The notes: generated by a model not told the origin, from the letters alone. A stretch of DNA of 64,000 bases from an uncultured Gammaproteobacteria bacterium (GCA_943788005.1 CALSOP010000002.1:338573-402572); one strand, 5' to 3'; numbered from the stretch's first letter, positions 1 to 11,564 are shown. Translations and numbers: made by a program.

Positions 1-2522
1 CGATCCTCTTTTACTAATCTTTCAGAGAGTAAAATAGAATCCTCGAAGTTATACCCATTCCAAGGCATGAACGCGACCATCATGTTTTGACCCAAGGCCA
101 ATTCACCCATATCCGTTGAAGGACCGTCGGCTAAAACATCGCCTTTGGCAACTTGGTCACCTGGCTTCACTAATGGTTTTTGATTAATACAGGTATTTTG
201 ATTTGAGCGTGTGTATTTGATTAGGTTATAAATGTCGACACCTGGTTCACCCGCAACAACTTCGTCATCATTAACTCGAACAACAATTCGACTAGCATCG
301 ACAGAGTCCACAATGCCACCACGTTCAGAAATAACCGTTACGCCTGAGTCAATCGCGACTCTTCTTTCCATACCAGTACCAACCAATGGCTTGTCAGCTC
401 TTAAAGTCGGAACTGCCTGACGTTGCATGTTTGAACCCATCAACGCTCGGTTCGCATCATCATGCTCAAGGAAAGGAATCATTGATGCTGCAACCGAAAC
501 AATTTGTCGCGGAGAAACATCCATATAATTAACCTTATCTGGTGTAGACATAGCAAACTCATTACGGTGTCTACAAGACACAAGTTCATCCGTTAACTTC
601 TCTTTCGCATCGATTGTGGCGCTAGCCTGTGCAATGACAAAGTCACCTTCTTCGATCGCTGAAAGATATTCTATTTCATCAGTTACTTTTGAATCGACAA
701 CCTTACGGTAAGGCGTTTCAAGAAACCCATAGCTATTAGTCCTTGCATAAACAGCCAATGAATTAATTAATCCAATGTTAGGTCCTTCTGGCGTTTCAAT
801 TGGGCAAACACGACCATAATGCGTTGGATGTACATCGCGAACTTCAAAACCAGCACGTTCCCGTGTCAAACCACCAGGTCCAAGAGCCGAAATTCGTCGC
901 TTGTGCGTAATCTCTGATAGAGGATTGTTTTGATCCATAAACTGAGATAGCTGGCTCGAACCAAAAAATTCTTTAATGACAGCTGAAACTGGCTTAGCGT
1001 TGATTATTTCTTGTGGCATCAAGCCTTCGGATTCAGCCAAACTCAAACGTTCTTTAACTGCACGCTCAACCCTGACAAGTCCAACACGGAATTGATTTTC
1101 CGCCATTTCGCCTACACTACGTATACGTCTATTACCAAGATGATCGATATCATCGATAATGCCCTTACCATTACGAATGTCCAACAAGACCTTCACCACA
1201 GCAACGATGTCGTCATTTGAAAGGACACCTTCACCTTCTACTTCTTTACGGCCAACTCGACGATTAAACTTCATCCGACCAACGGCAGAAAGGTCATAGC
1301 GATCTGGACTAAAAAACAAGTTCTTGAATAAGTTTTCAGCAGCATCTTTTGTCGGTGGTTCACCAGGGCGCATCATTCGATAAATTTCTACCTGAGCTTC
1401 CAATTGATTGGTGCTCGGATCATCGCGTAATGTGTCTGCAATAAAAGGTCCCGCATCTAGGTCATTTGTATAGATAGTCTCTATCTCAAGACCAGCAGGA
1501 AGCTCAAGAATCTCGGCAAGTAATTCTTCAGTGATTTCAGTATTCGCCGTAGCGATGGGCATTATTTCACCCGTTTTTTCGTCTACCGCTTGACCCGAGA
1601 TTTCTTTAGAAATGACTTTACCAATCAGGAATTCAGCCGGCACAGTTAATGTGGTCAAACCTGCTTTTTCAATTTCTCGAATATGGCGCGCGGTAATACG
1701 TCGTTCTTGTTCGACAATAACCTTGCCTTTTTTGTCTGCGATATCAAATGATGCAGTTTCACCACGCAAGCGATCTGGAACTAGATCCAGCGTAATTCCC
1801 TTTTTAGTAAACTTGAATTTATCTGTATCAAAGAAAATATCAAGTATTTCTTCGGTCGTGTAACCCAATGCACGCAACAAGATCGTGGCATGGATCTTAC
1901 GTCTACGATCGATTCGACAATAAACAAGATCTTTTGCATCGAACTCAAAATCCAACCATGATCCACGGTAAGGTATGACGCGTGCTGAATAAAGTAATTT
2001 ACCTGATGAATGCGTTTTACCTTTGTCATGTTCAAAAAATACGCCAGGCGAACGATGCATCTGCGAGACTATAACGCGTTCTGTACCATTAATAACGAAG
2101 GTACCGGTACGAGTCATTAATGGCATCTCACCCATGTACACTTCTTGTTCTTTAATATCTTTTACGACCTTATTATTAAGCCCGGCTTCTTTATCGTAAA
2201 TAATAAGACGAACCTTAACGCGCAATGATGAAGCGTAGGTTAAGCCTCTTAACTGACATTCTTTAACATCAAAAACAGGAGTTCCTAGCTTGTAACTAAC
2301 ATATTCTAAAGCCGCATTACCAGAAAAACTGGTGATAGGAAAAACAGATTTAAACGCAGCTTGCAAGCCAACATCTGTTCGATCCTCAGGCTTAGCATCA
2401 ACTTGTATAAATTGATTGAATGACTCGATCTGAGTCGCAACTAAATAGGGAACCTCTAAGATACTAGGACGTTTTCCGAAATCCTTACGAATACGTCTTT
2501 TTTCAGTATAGGAATAGGCCAT
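1..2522 (-). CDS. rpoB: RNA polymerase beta subunit, N-terminal ~840 aa; gene continues past the left edge
   Basis: Manual translation: starts [15 protein letters not shown] at ATG 2522; contains [38 protein letters not shown] and [13 protein letters not shown]; start and window-edge segments are in the same frame. Missing from the ORF track because it has no stop in the window. Confidence 0.98.
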   Translation of the reverse strand, partial: MAYSYTEKRRIRKDFGKRPSILEVPYLVATQIESFNQFIQVDAKPEDRTDVGLQAAFKSVFPITSFSGNAALEYVSYKLGTPVFDVKECQLRGLTYASSLRVKVRLIIYDKEAGLNNKVVKDIKEQEVYMGEMPLMTRTGTFVINGTERVIVSQMHRSPGVFFEHDKGKTHSSGKLLYSARVIPYRGSWLDFEFDAKDLVYCRIDRRRKIHATILLRALGYTTEEILDIFFDTDKFKFTKKGITLDLVPDRLRGETASFDIADKKGKVIVEQERRITARHIREIEKAGLTTLTVPAEFLIGKVISKEISGQAVDEKTGEIMPIATANTEITEELLAEILELPAGLEIETIYTNDLDAGPFIADTLRDDPSTNQLEAQVEIYRMMRPGEPPTKDAAENLFKNLFFSPDRYDLSAVGRMKFNRRVGRKEVEGEGVLSNDDIVAVVKVLLDIRNGKGIIDDIDHLGNRRIRSVGEMAENQFRVGLVRVERAVKERLSLAESEGLMPQEIINAKPVSAVIKEFFGSSQLSQFMDQNNPLSEITHKRRISALGPGGLTRERAGFEVRDVHPTHYGRVCPIETPEGPNIGLINSLAVYARTNSYGFLETPYRKVVDSKVTDEIEYLSAIEEGDFVIAQASATIDAKEKLTDELVSCRHRNEFAMSTPDKVNYMDVSPRQIVSVAASMIPFLEHDDANRALMGSNMQRQAVPTLRADKPLVGTGMERRVAIDSGVTVISERGGIVDSVDASRIVVRVNDDEVVAGEPGVDIYNLIKYTRSNQNTCINQKPLVKPGDQVAKGDVLADGPSTDMGELALGQNMMVAFMPWNGYNFEDSILLSERLVKED

Positions 2523-2631
2523 TACAATTCCTCATCGTGTTTGTGCGAAAGAGTTCTATAGCAGAGACGATCTCTGCCTGATAATCCTTACACATAAATA
2601 ATTTAAACCGGGTGATATCAATAAGCGCAAC

Positions 2632-2665
2632 AAACCAACAGGCAACTATTGCTGCCTGTTGGTTT
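2632..2665 (-). terminator. Hairpin in the rplL-rpoB spacer (probable attenuator/terminator)
   Basis: 13-bp perfect stem AAACCAACAGGCA / TGCCTGTTGGTTT with an 8-nt loop; same position as the known rplL-rpoB attenuator of enterobacteria. Confidence 0.6.
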
Positions 2666-2697
2666 CGCTTTAAGTTTTTTAAGCGCTGCAATTGAAA

Positions 2698-3075
2698 TTA
2701 TTTAACTTCAACAGCTGCACCAGCTTCTTCAAGCTGCTTTTTAACTTCCTCTGACTCGTCTTTGCTAACACCTTCTTTAACTGGTGCAGGTGCACTCTCA
2801 ACAAGATCTTTTGCTTCTTTCAGGCCAAGACCTGTAATTGCGCGAACTGCTTTAATAACAGCGACCTTATTTTCTCCAAAGCTCGTCATAACCACATCGA
2901 ACTCAGTCTTCTCTTCAGCTGCACCAGCATCACCGCCAGCAGCAGCAGCAGCTACAGCAACAGGCGCTGCCGCAGACACACCCCATTCGTCTTCAAGCTC
3001 TTTGATTAAATCAACGAGTTCTAGCACAGGCATTTGACCTAATGCTTCTTTTATTTCTTCACGTGAAACTGCCAT
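2698..3075 (-). CDS. rplL: 50S ribosomal protein L7/L12
   Basis: MAVSREE..., Ala-rich hinge, [25 protein letters not shown] Shine-Dalgarno before ATG 3075. Confidence 0.98.
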   Translation of the reverse strand: MAVSREEIKEALGQMPVLELVDLIKELEDEWGVSAAAPVAVAAAAAGGDAGAAEEKTEFDVVMTSFGENKVAVIKAVRAITGLGLKEAKDLVESAPAPVKEGVSKDESEEVKKQLEEAGAAVEVK

Positions 3076-3126
3076 TTTAAAATCCTCCAAAAATAAAACT
3101 AAACTGATATAAAGATTATTGTCGTA

Positions 3127-3654
3127 TTACGCTGCTTGTTGCTTATCACGTTGCGCAGCAAGAACTCTGGCTAATTTAGCCGGTGGTTCCGCTAGCGTAC
3201 GCACAAACTTACCAAGCGGTGCAGACAGTAACCCAAGTAACATAGCGCGTGCTTCATCAAGCGATGGCATACTAGCGAGCCTGCCGAGTTCAGATGTCTC
3301 TAAAAGATTCCCATCCAACGCAACAAGTTTTACTACTAGTTTGTCATTTTCCTTTGCAAAATCGCGAACGACTCGTGCCGCACTTCCGGGTTCATCACCT
3401 GAAAATGCCAACACTAAGGGCCCGACCATGCCTTCACGCATACATTCAAATTGTGTATTTTCGAATGCACGACGCGCCAGCGTGTTGCGTACCACTCTAA
3501 GGTACACACCCGCTTCACGCGCAGCGTTACGCAGTTCAGTCATTTGAGCCACCGATAAACCGTGATACTCGGCCGCGATTGCAGAAGGAGCCTCCGCCGC
3601 AACACCAGCAATCTCTTCAACGATTGCTTTTTTTGCATTTAGATTAAGACTCAC
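3127..3654 (-). CDS. rplJ: 50S ribosomal protein L10
   Basis: YHGLSVAQMTELR, VVRNTLARRA motifs; synteny; GTG start. Confidence 0.97.
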   Translation of the reverse strand: MSLNLNAKKAIVEEIAGVAAEAPSAIAAEYHGLSVAQMTELRNAAREAGVYLRVVRNTLARRAFENTQFECMREGMVGPLVLAFSGDEPGSAARVVRDFAKENDKLVVKLVALDGNLLETSELGRLASMPSLDEARAMLLGLLSAPLGKFVRTLAEPPAKLARVLAAQRDKQQAA

Positions 3655-3780
3655 TCTTCGCCTCCTGTTAAGTTAAATATGGTTTTAATACCATACCTTT
3701 ACTAAAAAGCTTGCCTTCACTTTACGCTCGGGCAAACCGGTTAACGGTGACAAACACAGAGTATTCTGTGAGTGTGATTA

Positions 3781-3850
3781 CACCGTCTGCGTAGGTAATT
3801 TTAGTACATTAAGACGCCCAAAAAGAGTGTCACCTACGGTCTTTGACGTC
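3781..3850 (-). promoter_or_regulatory. L10 leader (autoregulatory RNA element)
   Basis: Minus strand reads AAGACCGTAGGTG...TTAA...CCTACGCAGACGG, the paired core typical of L10 leaders, upstream of rplJ; boundaries approximate. Confidence 0.75.
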
Positions 3851-3938
3851 CTGACAGTTTTACTGTCAGTTACAAAGTCTTTAAAAACGTTAATAGCAAA
3901 ATATTTGCTAAGATCGTTCTAATTTAAATAATTATTTA

Positions 3939-4634
3939 CTAATCTGACAAGCTAGCCTGATCAACCAGAACTCCTGGCCCCATTGTTGTTGAGATGCTTA
4001 ACTTGCCCAGATAAATACCTTTAGCTGAGCTTGGCTTAGCTTTTTTCAAATCGTTTAATAATGAGTGTAGGTTTTCAATCAGTGAGTCAACGTCAAACGA
4101 AACCTTACCGATTGTGCAATGAATAATGCCATTCTTATCAGTTCTATAACGAACTTGACCACCCTTCGCATTTTCAACGGCTTGTTTTACGTCATTGGTA
4201 ACCGTTCCCACTTTAGGGTTTGGCATCAATCCACGAGGACCTAAAACTTTACCAAGCTTACCTACTACAGGCATTGCATCAGGTGTCGCAATCACAACGC
4301 CATAATCTATATCGCCTTTTGTCATTGCTTCGGCTAAATCTTCAAAGCCAACTGCATCAGCACCAGCGGCCTCAGCTGCTTTTGCATTTTCACCTTGTGC
4401 AAAAACGGCAACCTTTACTGTTTTTCCGGTGCCCTTAGGCAATACAGTCGAACCACGAACCTGTTGATCCGATTTACGGGCATCAACACCCAGATTTACT
4501 GCAACGTCTACAGATTCATCAAACTTTACCGATGAGATATCTTTTAATAATTCTAAAGCATCTTTTACCGGGTAATATTTACCTAGCTCGATCTTGTCTT
4601 GATACGATTTTATTCGTTTAGTTAATTTTGCCAT
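3939..4634 (-). CDS. rplA: 50S ribosomal protein L1
   Basis: [39 protein letters not shown]. Confidence 0.98.
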   Translation of the reverse strand: MAKLTKRIKSYQDKIELGKYYPVKDALELLKDISSVKFDESVDVAVNLGVDARKSDQQVRGSTVLPKGTGKTVKVAVFAQGENAKAAEAAGADAVGFEDLAEAMTKGDIDYGVVIATPDAMPVVGKLGKVLGPRGLMPNPKVGTVTNDVKQAVENAKGGQVRYRTDKNGIIHCTIGKVSFDVDSLIENLHSLLNDLKKAKPSSAKGIYLGKLSISTTMGPGVLVDQASLSD

Positions 4635-4636
4635 GA

Positions 4637-5071
4637 CTAAACCACTCCCTCTGTCTCTATACCCATACTACGAGCAGTACCCGCAATTGTTCTAACAGCG
4701 GCGTCTAGATCGGCAGCAGTCAAATCAGCATCTTTAGTCTTTGCAATCTCTTCCAATTGAGCACGAGTCACCTTACCAACCTTGTTACTATTTGGTGTGC
4801 CACTGCCGCTTTTGATACCCGCCGCTTTTTTCAATAAAATTGCGGCTGGTGTGGTTTTACTGACAAAGGTAAAGCTTTTGTCGGCATACACTGTGATAAT
4901 GACTGGAACGGCTATTCCGGGTTCCAAACTTTGAGTTTGTGCATTGAATGCCTTGCAGAACTCCATGATATTGACACCATGCTGCCCTAACGCAGGACCA
5001 ACAGGCGGACTAGGATTTGCCTGACCTGCAGGCACCTGTAACTTTATATAACCATCAATTTTCTTGGCCAC
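4637..5071 (-). CDS. rplK: 50S ribosomal protein L11
   Basis: [29 protein letters not shown] start at 5071 after an AGGAG SD. Confidence 0.98.
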   Translation of the reverse strand: MAKKIDGYIKLQVPAGQANPSPPVGPALGQHGVNIMEFCKAFNAQTQSLEPGIAVPVIITVYADKSFTFVSKTTPAAILLKKAAGIKSGSGTPNSNKVGKVTRAQLEEIAKTKDADLTAADLDAAVRTIAGTARSMGIETEGVV

Positions 5072-5075
5072 AGCC

Positions 5076-5110
5076 TTTCTCCTTGGGTGCAAACGCCTTG
5101 CGGCTCCCCG
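5076..5110 (-). promoter_or_regulatory. L1-binding translational operator upstream of rplK
   Basis: GGGGAGCCGCAAGGCGTTTGCACCC hairpin immediately before the rplK SD, resembling the gammaproteobacterial L1 operator. Confidence 0.6.
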
Positions 5111-5134
5111 TTAACGAATCAAAACGATAAAAAA

Positions 5135-5668
5135 CTATTCTTTTTCTACTTGGTCGAACTCAAGCTCAACCGGGGTAGATCGCCCAAATATTAAAACAGA
5201 TACTCGCAACCGACTTTTTTCGTAATTCACTTCTTCAACAACACCATTGAAATCAGTAAATGGGCCATCTTTAACTCGCACAACTTCGCCAGGCTCAAAC
5301 AATATTTTTGGCCTTGGTTTATCAACGCCTTCTTCAACACGTTGTAATATTGCGTTCGCTTCCTTTTCACTAATTGGTGCAGGTCTATCACTGGTACCAC
5401 CAATAAAACCCAACACCTTTGGTGCTTCTTTCACCAAGTGCCAGGTATCATCATTCATTTCCATTTTGACCAAAACATATCCAGGGAAAAACTTGCGATC
5501 ACTTTTACGTTTTTTTCCATTGCGCATCTCAACTACTTCTTCTGTTGGCACAAGTATTTCGCCAAACATTTCGTCAAGCCCACTACGCTCAATTCGTTCC
5601 TGTAATGAGCGCATTACCTGGTTTTCAAAACCTGAATACGCATGCACTACATACCAATTCTGCGCCAT
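5135..5668 (-). CDS. nusG: Transcription termination/antitermination factor NusG
   Basis: [22 protein letters not shown] motif, [17 protein letters not shown]. Confidence 0.98.
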   Translation of the reverse strand: MAQNWYVVHAYSGFENQVMRSLQERIERSGLDEMFGEILVPTEEVVEMRNGKKRKSDRKFFPGYVLVKMEMNDDTWHLVKEAPKVLGFIGGTSDRPAPISEKEANAILQRVEEGVDKPRPKILFEPGEVVRVKDGPFTDFNGVVEEVNYEKSRLRVSVLIFGRSTPVELEFDQVEKE

Positions 5669-5669
5669 T

Positions 5670-6047
5670 CTAACCCCCATGCCCCATCAACGAACCAATC
5701 GACCAGCCTAGAAACATATCCAGTAACCATAAGATTATCGCTACTAAAATAACCATAATTATTACGATCAAGGTCGTTTGCACTGTTTCCTGGCGTGTCG
5801 GCCATACAACTTTGCGAACTTCTATCTGTGCATCTTGAAAATAGCCCCAAGTATGCCTGCCTTTTTCTGTCTGTAACGCTATAGCAACACTAACTCCTGC
5901 GGCAGCAAGTAATCCAAGCACCCGGTATAGCAATGATTGATCAGCAAAAAAGTAAAAGCCGACCAAAGCCGCTATAGCAATCAACAAGGCCAAGCCAAGC
6001 TTGATTGTATCCAGTGTTCCACTGGTAGTTTCAACATTTGAGTTCAT
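5670..6047 (-). CDS. secE: Preprotein translocase subunit SecE
   Basis: Three hydrophobic segments, [13 protein letters not shown]; lies between tRNA-Trp and nusG. Confidence 0.97.
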   Translation of the reverse strand: MNSNVETTSGTLDTIKLGLALLIAIAALVGFYFFADQSLLYRVLGLLAAAGVSVAIALQTEKGRHTWGYFQDAQIEVRKVVWPTRQETVQTTLIVIIMVILVAIILWLLDMFLGWSIGSLMGHGG

Positions 6048-6086
6048 AAGTGTCTTACATTTAGTCCTAGGCCATTATTTAACTAA

Positions 6087-6162
6087 TGGCAGGCCAGGAG
6101 GGAATCGAACCCCCAACCTGCGGTTTTGGAGACCGCCGCTCTGCCAATTGAGCTACTGGCCT
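6087..6162 (-). tRNA. tRNA-Trp (CCA)
   Basis: 76 nt AGGCCAG...CTCCAAA...GGTTCGATT...CTGGCCTGCCA; encoded CCA end. Confidence 0.97.
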
Positions 6163-6191
6163 ATAATTTAATTCAAATAATTTGCCTGACG

Positions 6192-7386
6192 TTACTCAAT
6201 AATTTTAGAAACAACGCCAGCACCTACCGTGCGACCGCCTTCTCGTATTGCAAAACGTAAGCCTTCTTCCATCGCAATCGGGTTAATCAACTTAACCGTT
6301 ACTTTGACGTTGTCGCCCGGCATGACCATCTCGGTACCGTCATGGCAATTCCATCGCACCCGTCACATCTGTTGTGCGGAAGTAAAACTGCGGACGGTAG
6401 TTGTTGAAGAATGGCGTATGTCGGCCACCTTCATCTTTACTCAACACATAAATCTCAGCTTCAAAATGCGTGTGTGGCGTGATTGAACCCGGTTTACATA
6501 ACACCTGTCCACGCTCCACTTCTTCGCGCTTGGTACCACGCAGTAAGACACCTACGTTGTCACCCGCTTGTCCTTCATCCAACAACTTACGGAACATCTC
6601 TACACCCGTACACGTCGTCGTCTGGGTATCTTTAATACCCACAATCTCAATTTCTTCACCCACTTTAACAATCCCGCGTCTCAACTCGACCGGTCACAAC
6701 CGTGCCGCGACCGAGATAGAGAACACATCTTCTATCGGCATCAAAAAGGGCTGGTCTACAGGACGTTCTGGCAGTCGGAATAGTAGTCGTCCATCGCCGC
6801 AACCAGCTTCTCAATTGAGGGAATACCGATATCCGACTGTGTCCCCTTCAATTGCTTTTAAGCGCTGACCAGTGATGATTGGCGTGTCGTCGCCTGGGAA
6901 ATCGTATGATCCAATAATTCACGCACTTCCATTTCAACCAACTCTAATAATTCTGCATCATCAACCTGATCTGCCTTGTTCAGGTAAACCACGATAAAGG
7001 CACACCGACTTGGCGTGACAGTAATATGTGCTCACGGGTTTGTGGCATCGGGCCATCTGCTGCTGACTACAGACCAATATAGCACCGTCCATCTGCGCCG
7101 CACCCGTGATCATGTTTTTCACATAATCCGCGTGTCCCGGGCAGTCAACGTGGGCGTAGTGACGCTCGTCACTTTCATATTCCACGTGAGCAGTTGCGAT
7201 GGTAATTCCACGTTCGCGTTCTTCTGGCGCATTATCAATCTGATCATAGGCCTTTGCTTCACCACCGTGCTTTTCCGTCATCACTTTCGTGATTGCCGCC
7301 GTCAAGGTCGTCTTACCATGATCGACATGGCCTATCGTGCCGACGTTTATATGCGGTTTCGTGCGTTCAAATTTTTCCTTGGACAC
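6192..7386 (-). pseudogene. tuf: Elongation factor Tu with multiple frameshifts as assembled (likely a consensus error)
   Basis: [42 protein letters not shown] and [12 protein letters not shown] are all present but spread over several frames; span 1195 nt is not a multiple of 3. Confidence 0.93.
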
Positions 7387-7445
7387 GGCTCATTACCTCT
7401 TCAATATATTTAGTTAGTAATAAAAATTAATTAAAACTCAAATAG

Positions 7446-7521
<76 letters not shown>

Positions 7522-7600
7522 AAATAAACCAGTTTCAGCTACCTCGCCAATACATCCGACAATCTGAATAATGCTTTATACACCTGTAGATGTTATTTAT

Positions 7601-7674
7601 TGGAGCGGGTGATGGGAATCGAACCCACGTGTTCAGCTTGGAAGGCTGACGTTCTACCATTGAACTACACCCGC
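7601..7674 (-). tRNA. tRNA-Gly (TCC)
   Basis: 74 nt GCGGGTG...TCAGCCTTCCAAGCTGA...CACCCGCTCCA. Confidence 0.97.
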
Positions 7675-7818
7675 CAAATATCACATCACCCATTTGCTAT
7701 CAATCTTCAATTGACAGATTTACCTCGCATCTTTCACTTTCGTCGAATCTGGCACTTCAAAAATACCATTACTCTAAAAACCTACTACACTTACTGCAAT
7801 CCACAATAAATTTTATTT

Positions 7819-7903
7819 TGGTGGAGGGGGTAGGATTCGAACCTACGAAGGCTGAGCCAACAGATTTACAGTCTGCCCTCGTTGACCGCTTGAGTACCCC
7901 TCC
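7819..7903 (-). tRNA. tRNA-Tyr (GTA)
   Basis: 85 nt with long variable arm, GGAGGGG...CTGTAAA...CCCCTCCACCA. Confidence 0.97.
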
Positions 7904-7918
7904 AAAATTCAGCCGGCT

Positions 7919-7947
7919 ATTCTGGAATAATCATTAACCGCTGTCAA
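7919..7947 (-). promoter_or_regulatory. Sigma70 promoter of the tRNA-tuf operon
   Basis: TTGACA-17 nt-CAGAAT followed by GC-rich discriminator AGCCGGC, ~15 nt before tRNA-Tyr (stringent-type layout). Confidence 0.75.
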
Positions 7948-7966
7948 CACTCGTATTATCAATAAT

Positions 7967-8521
7967 TTAGCTTACTCGAATAATATTGCCGTTTTGAGCG
8001 TCTCTTATCTCTGTTGGGTTCAAATTATTTTTGATATCTGCAGGAATTACATAATCAAGGTCTGCTCCAAAATAAGAGAGCACCTCCTGTGTGGTGACGG
8101 CGGGCTTAGAACCTGCGGGGTTTGCACTTGTAGAGACGATGGGACCCAACTCACGACATAATGCATTTACAGTCGGATGAGAACTCACCCTAACAGCCAA
8201 TGTTTTATGTGTACCCGTCAGCCAAATCGGCGTCTCTTTTTTGGCTGGGATCAGCCAAGTCACCGGTCCCGGCCAACTATCACGTATCTGATCTATCGTA
8301 GTTAAGCTATCTAAATGCACATAGTCTTCTAGCTGTTCGATGGATGAAGCAACCAATATCAATCCTTTTTCGATATCCCGGTGCTTTAATTGCAGAATTC
8401 GATATACAGAATCTTGAATAAGAGGCAGACAACCTAAGCCAAAAACAGCTTCGGTTGGGTAGGCAATTACGCCACCTTTTTTAAAGGCATTTATTGCATG
8501 CTTCAAATGCGATGAATTCAT
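7967..8521 (-). CDS. tsaC: L-threonylcarbamoyladenylate synthase (YrdC/Sua5 family)
   Basis: GGVIAYPTEAVFGLGC, WPGPVTW, IVSTSANPAG. Confidence 0.95.
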   Translation of the reverse strand: MNSSHLKHAINAFKKGGVIAYPTEAVFGLGCLPLIQDSVYRILQLKHRDIEKGLILVASSIEQLEDYVHLDSLTTIDQIRDSWPGPVTWLIPAKKETPIWLTGTHKTLAVRVSSHPTVNALCRELGPIVSTSANPAGSKPAVTTQEVLSYFGADLDYVIPADIKNNLNPTEIRDAQNGNIIRVS

Positions 8522-8558
8522 CTGAAGTAGATAAGTCGTCGAAGTGGTGATTTATCAA

Positions 8559-10973
8559 CTAGCTAGCTTTACTAGCCGTCTTTTTTGTGGCTTTCTTTTT
8601 GCTAGCTTTATTTTTGCTAGTCTTTTTCTTAACCGCAGCTTTTTTGCTTACTTTCTTTTTTGCAGCGGCCTTCTTCTTACGACCACGACCACGAGAGACC
8701 GGAGCTGCGGCTAATAAAGTGATACATTCTTCTAATTCCAATGAGGCAGGTTCTCTGTCTTTAGGCACTTTAGCATTCTTAGTACCGTCAGTAATATAGG
8801 GTCCGTAACGTCCATTTAGTATTGATATCCCTTGTTCGACAAATATCTTAATCTGCTTTTCTGCATCCGCCTTTTTCTTTTCTGCTACAAGTTCAAGCGC
8901 TCGTTCAAATGTAACTGTATACGGGTCTTCTTCTTTTGGAAGTGAAGCAAATTTACTACCGTATCGAATATAGGGTCCAAAACGGCCAACACTGGCTGCA
9001 ACTTCCTCACCTTCTTCAGTGTCACCAAGTATTCTTGGTAATTTGAATAACTCCAGCGCTTCTTCGAATGTGATGCTATCTAATTTCTGTCCTGGTCTTA
9101 GCCCGGCAAACTTAGGTTTGTCTTCATCATCCTTCGTGCCTATTTGGGCATAAGGACCATATCGGCCAATTCGTACGGAGACTTCTTTCCCTGATTTTGG
9201 GTGCGCGCCTAATACCCTTGCTTGCGCGACTTCACTACGACTCACATTTTCATCTATATCTAAAACTTGAGTATGAAAAGGCGTCCAAAAGTCTTGCAGC
9301 AATGGGATCCAGTCTTTCTCACCTCTGGAAATCGCATCTAAATCATCTTCAAACTTGGCAGTAAATTCATAATCCACATAGTCCTTGAAATGGTTAGTCA
9401 GAAAATCATTCACTATTTTGCCCACATCGGTAGGGTGAAAACGTTTGTTTTCTACCTCTACATATTCTCTGTTTCTAAGCGTGGATATGATATTGGCATA
9501 AGTTGATGGTCGACCAATTCCATATTCTTCAAGTGATTTCACCAAACTCGCTTCAGAATAACGTGGTGGTGGTTCAGTAAAATGTTGTTCATCGCGTATC
9601 TCTTTTAATTTTATTTTTTCGCCTTCTTCTATCTGGGGTAACATTTTTTCATCTTCATCCCCTTTAGAATCATCCTTGCCTTCAAGATAGACTGCCATAA
9701 AACCTGCATCAGCAATGGCAGACCCATTGGCTCGAAATAAATTTCCTTGTCCACATGACATATCAACCGCAACAGTATCTATCGTAGCGTGCGTCATTTG
9801 ACTCGCCATTGTTCTTTTCCAGATCAATTCATAAAGCTTGAATTGCTCTGCACTCAAACTACTTTTTATATCCTGCGGCACTCTGGTTACTGACGTTGGA
9901 CGAACGGCTTCATGTGCCTCTTGTGCGTTTTTAGATTTTGTTTTAAACACTCTGGGCTCGTCTGGCAAAGATTGCTTGCCGTATCTAGAAGATATGAAGT
10001 CGCGTATTTCGACAATAGCTTCTTGCGCGAGATTAACTGAATCTGTTCGCATATAGGTAATAAGACCAACAGCACCTTCTCCAACATCAATGCCTTCATA
10101 AAGTTGTTGTGCTGTTCGCATGGCCCGTTGAGCTGTAAACCCTAACTTGCGTACTGCTTCTTGTTGCAATGTTGAAGTTATAAATGGCGCTGCGGGTTGG
10201 CGTTTACGTTGTTTCTTTGTAACAGTTTCAACCAACAACTCACCACCAGCTGCTTTATCCAAAGTAGCTTTAACTTTTGCAGCATGATCAGTTTTCTCTA
10301 TAGTGAATTGTTTTATTTTTTCATTTTCAAACTGCGTAAGTTTGCCAAGAAAATTACTTTTTTTATGTTCCAGATCAGCTTCAATGGTCCAATATTCTCT
10401 TGGTTCAAATGCTTGTATTTCTTTTTCACGTTCAGCAATCATCCGCAAAGCTGGTGACTGAACACGACCGGCAGATAATCCTCTTTGAATTTTTTTCCAG
10501 AGTAATGGCGAAAGATTAAAGCCCACCAGGTAATCAAGTGCGCGTCGAGCTTGTTGTGCATCAATTAAATTTGAGGCTAATTCTCTCGGATGTTTAATTG
10601 CATCCTGAATCGCACTCTTGGTGACTTCATGAAATACAACTCTATGAACCTGCTTGTCTTTAAGCTCGCCTTTTTCTTTTAATAGCTCATGAAGATGCCA
10701 TGAAATGGCTTCTCCTTCTCTATCAGGGTCAGTTGCAAGATATAATGTGTCAGCTTTTTTTAAAGCTTTTGAAATGGCATCAACCGCTTTAGCATTCTTT
10801 TCAATGGCTTCATAACGCATTGAAAAATTATTTTCAGGGTCAACCGCGCCTGTTTTAGGCAAAAGATCACGGACGTGACCATACGATGCCAAAACCTTGA
10901 AATCCTTACCAAGATAACGTTCAAGTGTTTTACATTTGGCGGGAGACTCAACAATTACAAGAGAACTACTCAT
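8559..10973 (-). CDS. topA: DNA topoisomerase I with Topo_C repeats and Lys-rich tail
   Basis: LVIVESPAK, LATDPDREGEAI, SAGRVQS, LITYMRTD, GIGRPSTY; C-terminal GRYGPY repeats. Confidence 0.97.
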   Translation of the reverse strand: MSSSLVIVESPAKCKTLERYLGKDFKVLASYGHVRDLLPKTGAVDPENNFSMRYEAIEKNAKAVDAISKALKKADTLYLATDPDREGEAISWHLHELLKEKGELKDKQVHRVVFHEVTKSAIQDAIKHPRELASNLIDAQQARRALDYLVGFNLSPLLWKKIQRGLSAGRVQSPALRMIAEREKEIQAFEPREYWTIEADLEHKKSNFLGKLTQFENEKIKQFTIEKTDHAAKVKATLDKAAGGELLVETVTKKQRKRQPAAPFITSTLQQEAVRKLGFTAQRAMRTAQQLYEGIDVGEGAVGLITYMRTDSVNLAQEAIVEIRDFISSRYGKQSLPDEPRVFKTKSKNAQEAHEAVRPTSVTRVPQDIKSSLSAEQFKLYELIWKRTMASQMTHATIDTVAVDMSCGQGNLFRANGSAIADAGFMAVYLEGKDDSKGDEDEKMLPQIEEGEKIKLKEIRDEQHFTEPPPRYSEASLVKSLEEYGIGRPSTYANIISTLRNREYVEVENKRFHPTDVGKIVNDFLTNHFKDYVDYEFTAKFEDDLDAISRGEKDWIPLLQDFWTPFHTQVLDIDENVSRSEVAQARVLGAHPKSGKEVSVRIGRYGPYAQIGTKDDEDKPKFAGLRPGQKLDSITFEEALELFKLPRILGDTEEGEEVAASVGRFGPYIRYGSKFASLPKEEDPYTVTFERALELVAEKKKADAEKQIKIFVEQGISILNGRYGPYITDGTKNAKVPKDREPASLELEECITLLAAAPVSRGRGRKKKAAAKKKVSKKAAVKKKTSKNKASKKKATKKTASKAS

Positions 10974-11060
10974 ATTTGCTAAACAATATCACTTTCTAAT
11001 TAATGAAAAAAAAGATAAAAACTTTAATGTGATGAAGATATCAAATTCTAATAAATTACA

Positions 11061-11537
11061 CTAATGAACAACAGCACTAACTTCATCCATTATAATATCT
11101 TCCATCCAGGCAAACGCAGCTTCTTTACCAGGTCGATTGAATAATACCATTAACACAACCCACTTAAGTTGCTGCAATTCTATATTGTCAGTTTCAAGTG
11201 CCATTACTCTATCGATCACAAGCTCACGATCTTCTGAATCTAGCACACCTGATTGTTCAAGGAATAACAAAAATCCTTTACATTCAACATCAAGCTTTTC
11301 ATTTTCTATCTCATTAAAAACTCTTATTGATCTGGAACAAAGTACACTAGTATCCAATACATCTTTTTGAGTCGCTAGTCCTTCTAGCCAATCAATTGCT
11401 TTATCCACCTGAAGATCGGCAAAACCAGCCTGGACTAATTGAGTTTTTAAATCTTGTTGATCAGGGTTTATTTCGAGTTCTTCTTCGACGTAATGATCAA
11501 ATAAATAAATGAGTACATCTAAAACGGTTTCTTTCAT
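11061..11537 (-). CDS. smg: Smg family protein (DUF494)
   Basis: MKETVLDVLIYLF, GFLLFLEQSGVL, RELVIDRVMAL, LKWVVLMVLFNRPG; dprA-smg-topA synteny. Confidence 0.93.
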   Translation of the reverse strand: MKETVLDVLIYLFDHYVEEELEINPDQQDLKTQLVQAGFADLQVDKAIDWLEGLATQKDVLDTSVLCSRSIRVFNEIENEKLDVECKGFLLFLEQSGVLDSEDRELVIDRVMALETDNIELQQLKWVVLMVLFNRPGKEAAFAWMEDIIMDEVSAVVH

Positions 11538-11564
11538 AAATTGTAATCTTCTTTTGACCAATCA

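Noticed and set aside
845..970. rpoB rifampicin-resistance region checked for substitutions
   Set aside because: Reads [26 protein letters not shown], the susceptible-type sequence
3851..3869. Hairpin CTGACAGT-TTT-ACTGTCAG upstream of the L10 leader
   Set aside because: Plausibly part of the rplJ leader; no independent evidence for a separate element
232..7413. Many plus-strand ORFs antisense to rpoB, rplL, rplJ, nusG and tuf (and similar shadow ORFs throughout the window)
   Set aside because: Shadow frames of conserved genes, with no recognisable motifs
7600..7809. 69-aa ORF starting MERVMGIEP
   Set aside because: Antisense translation of tRNA-Gly
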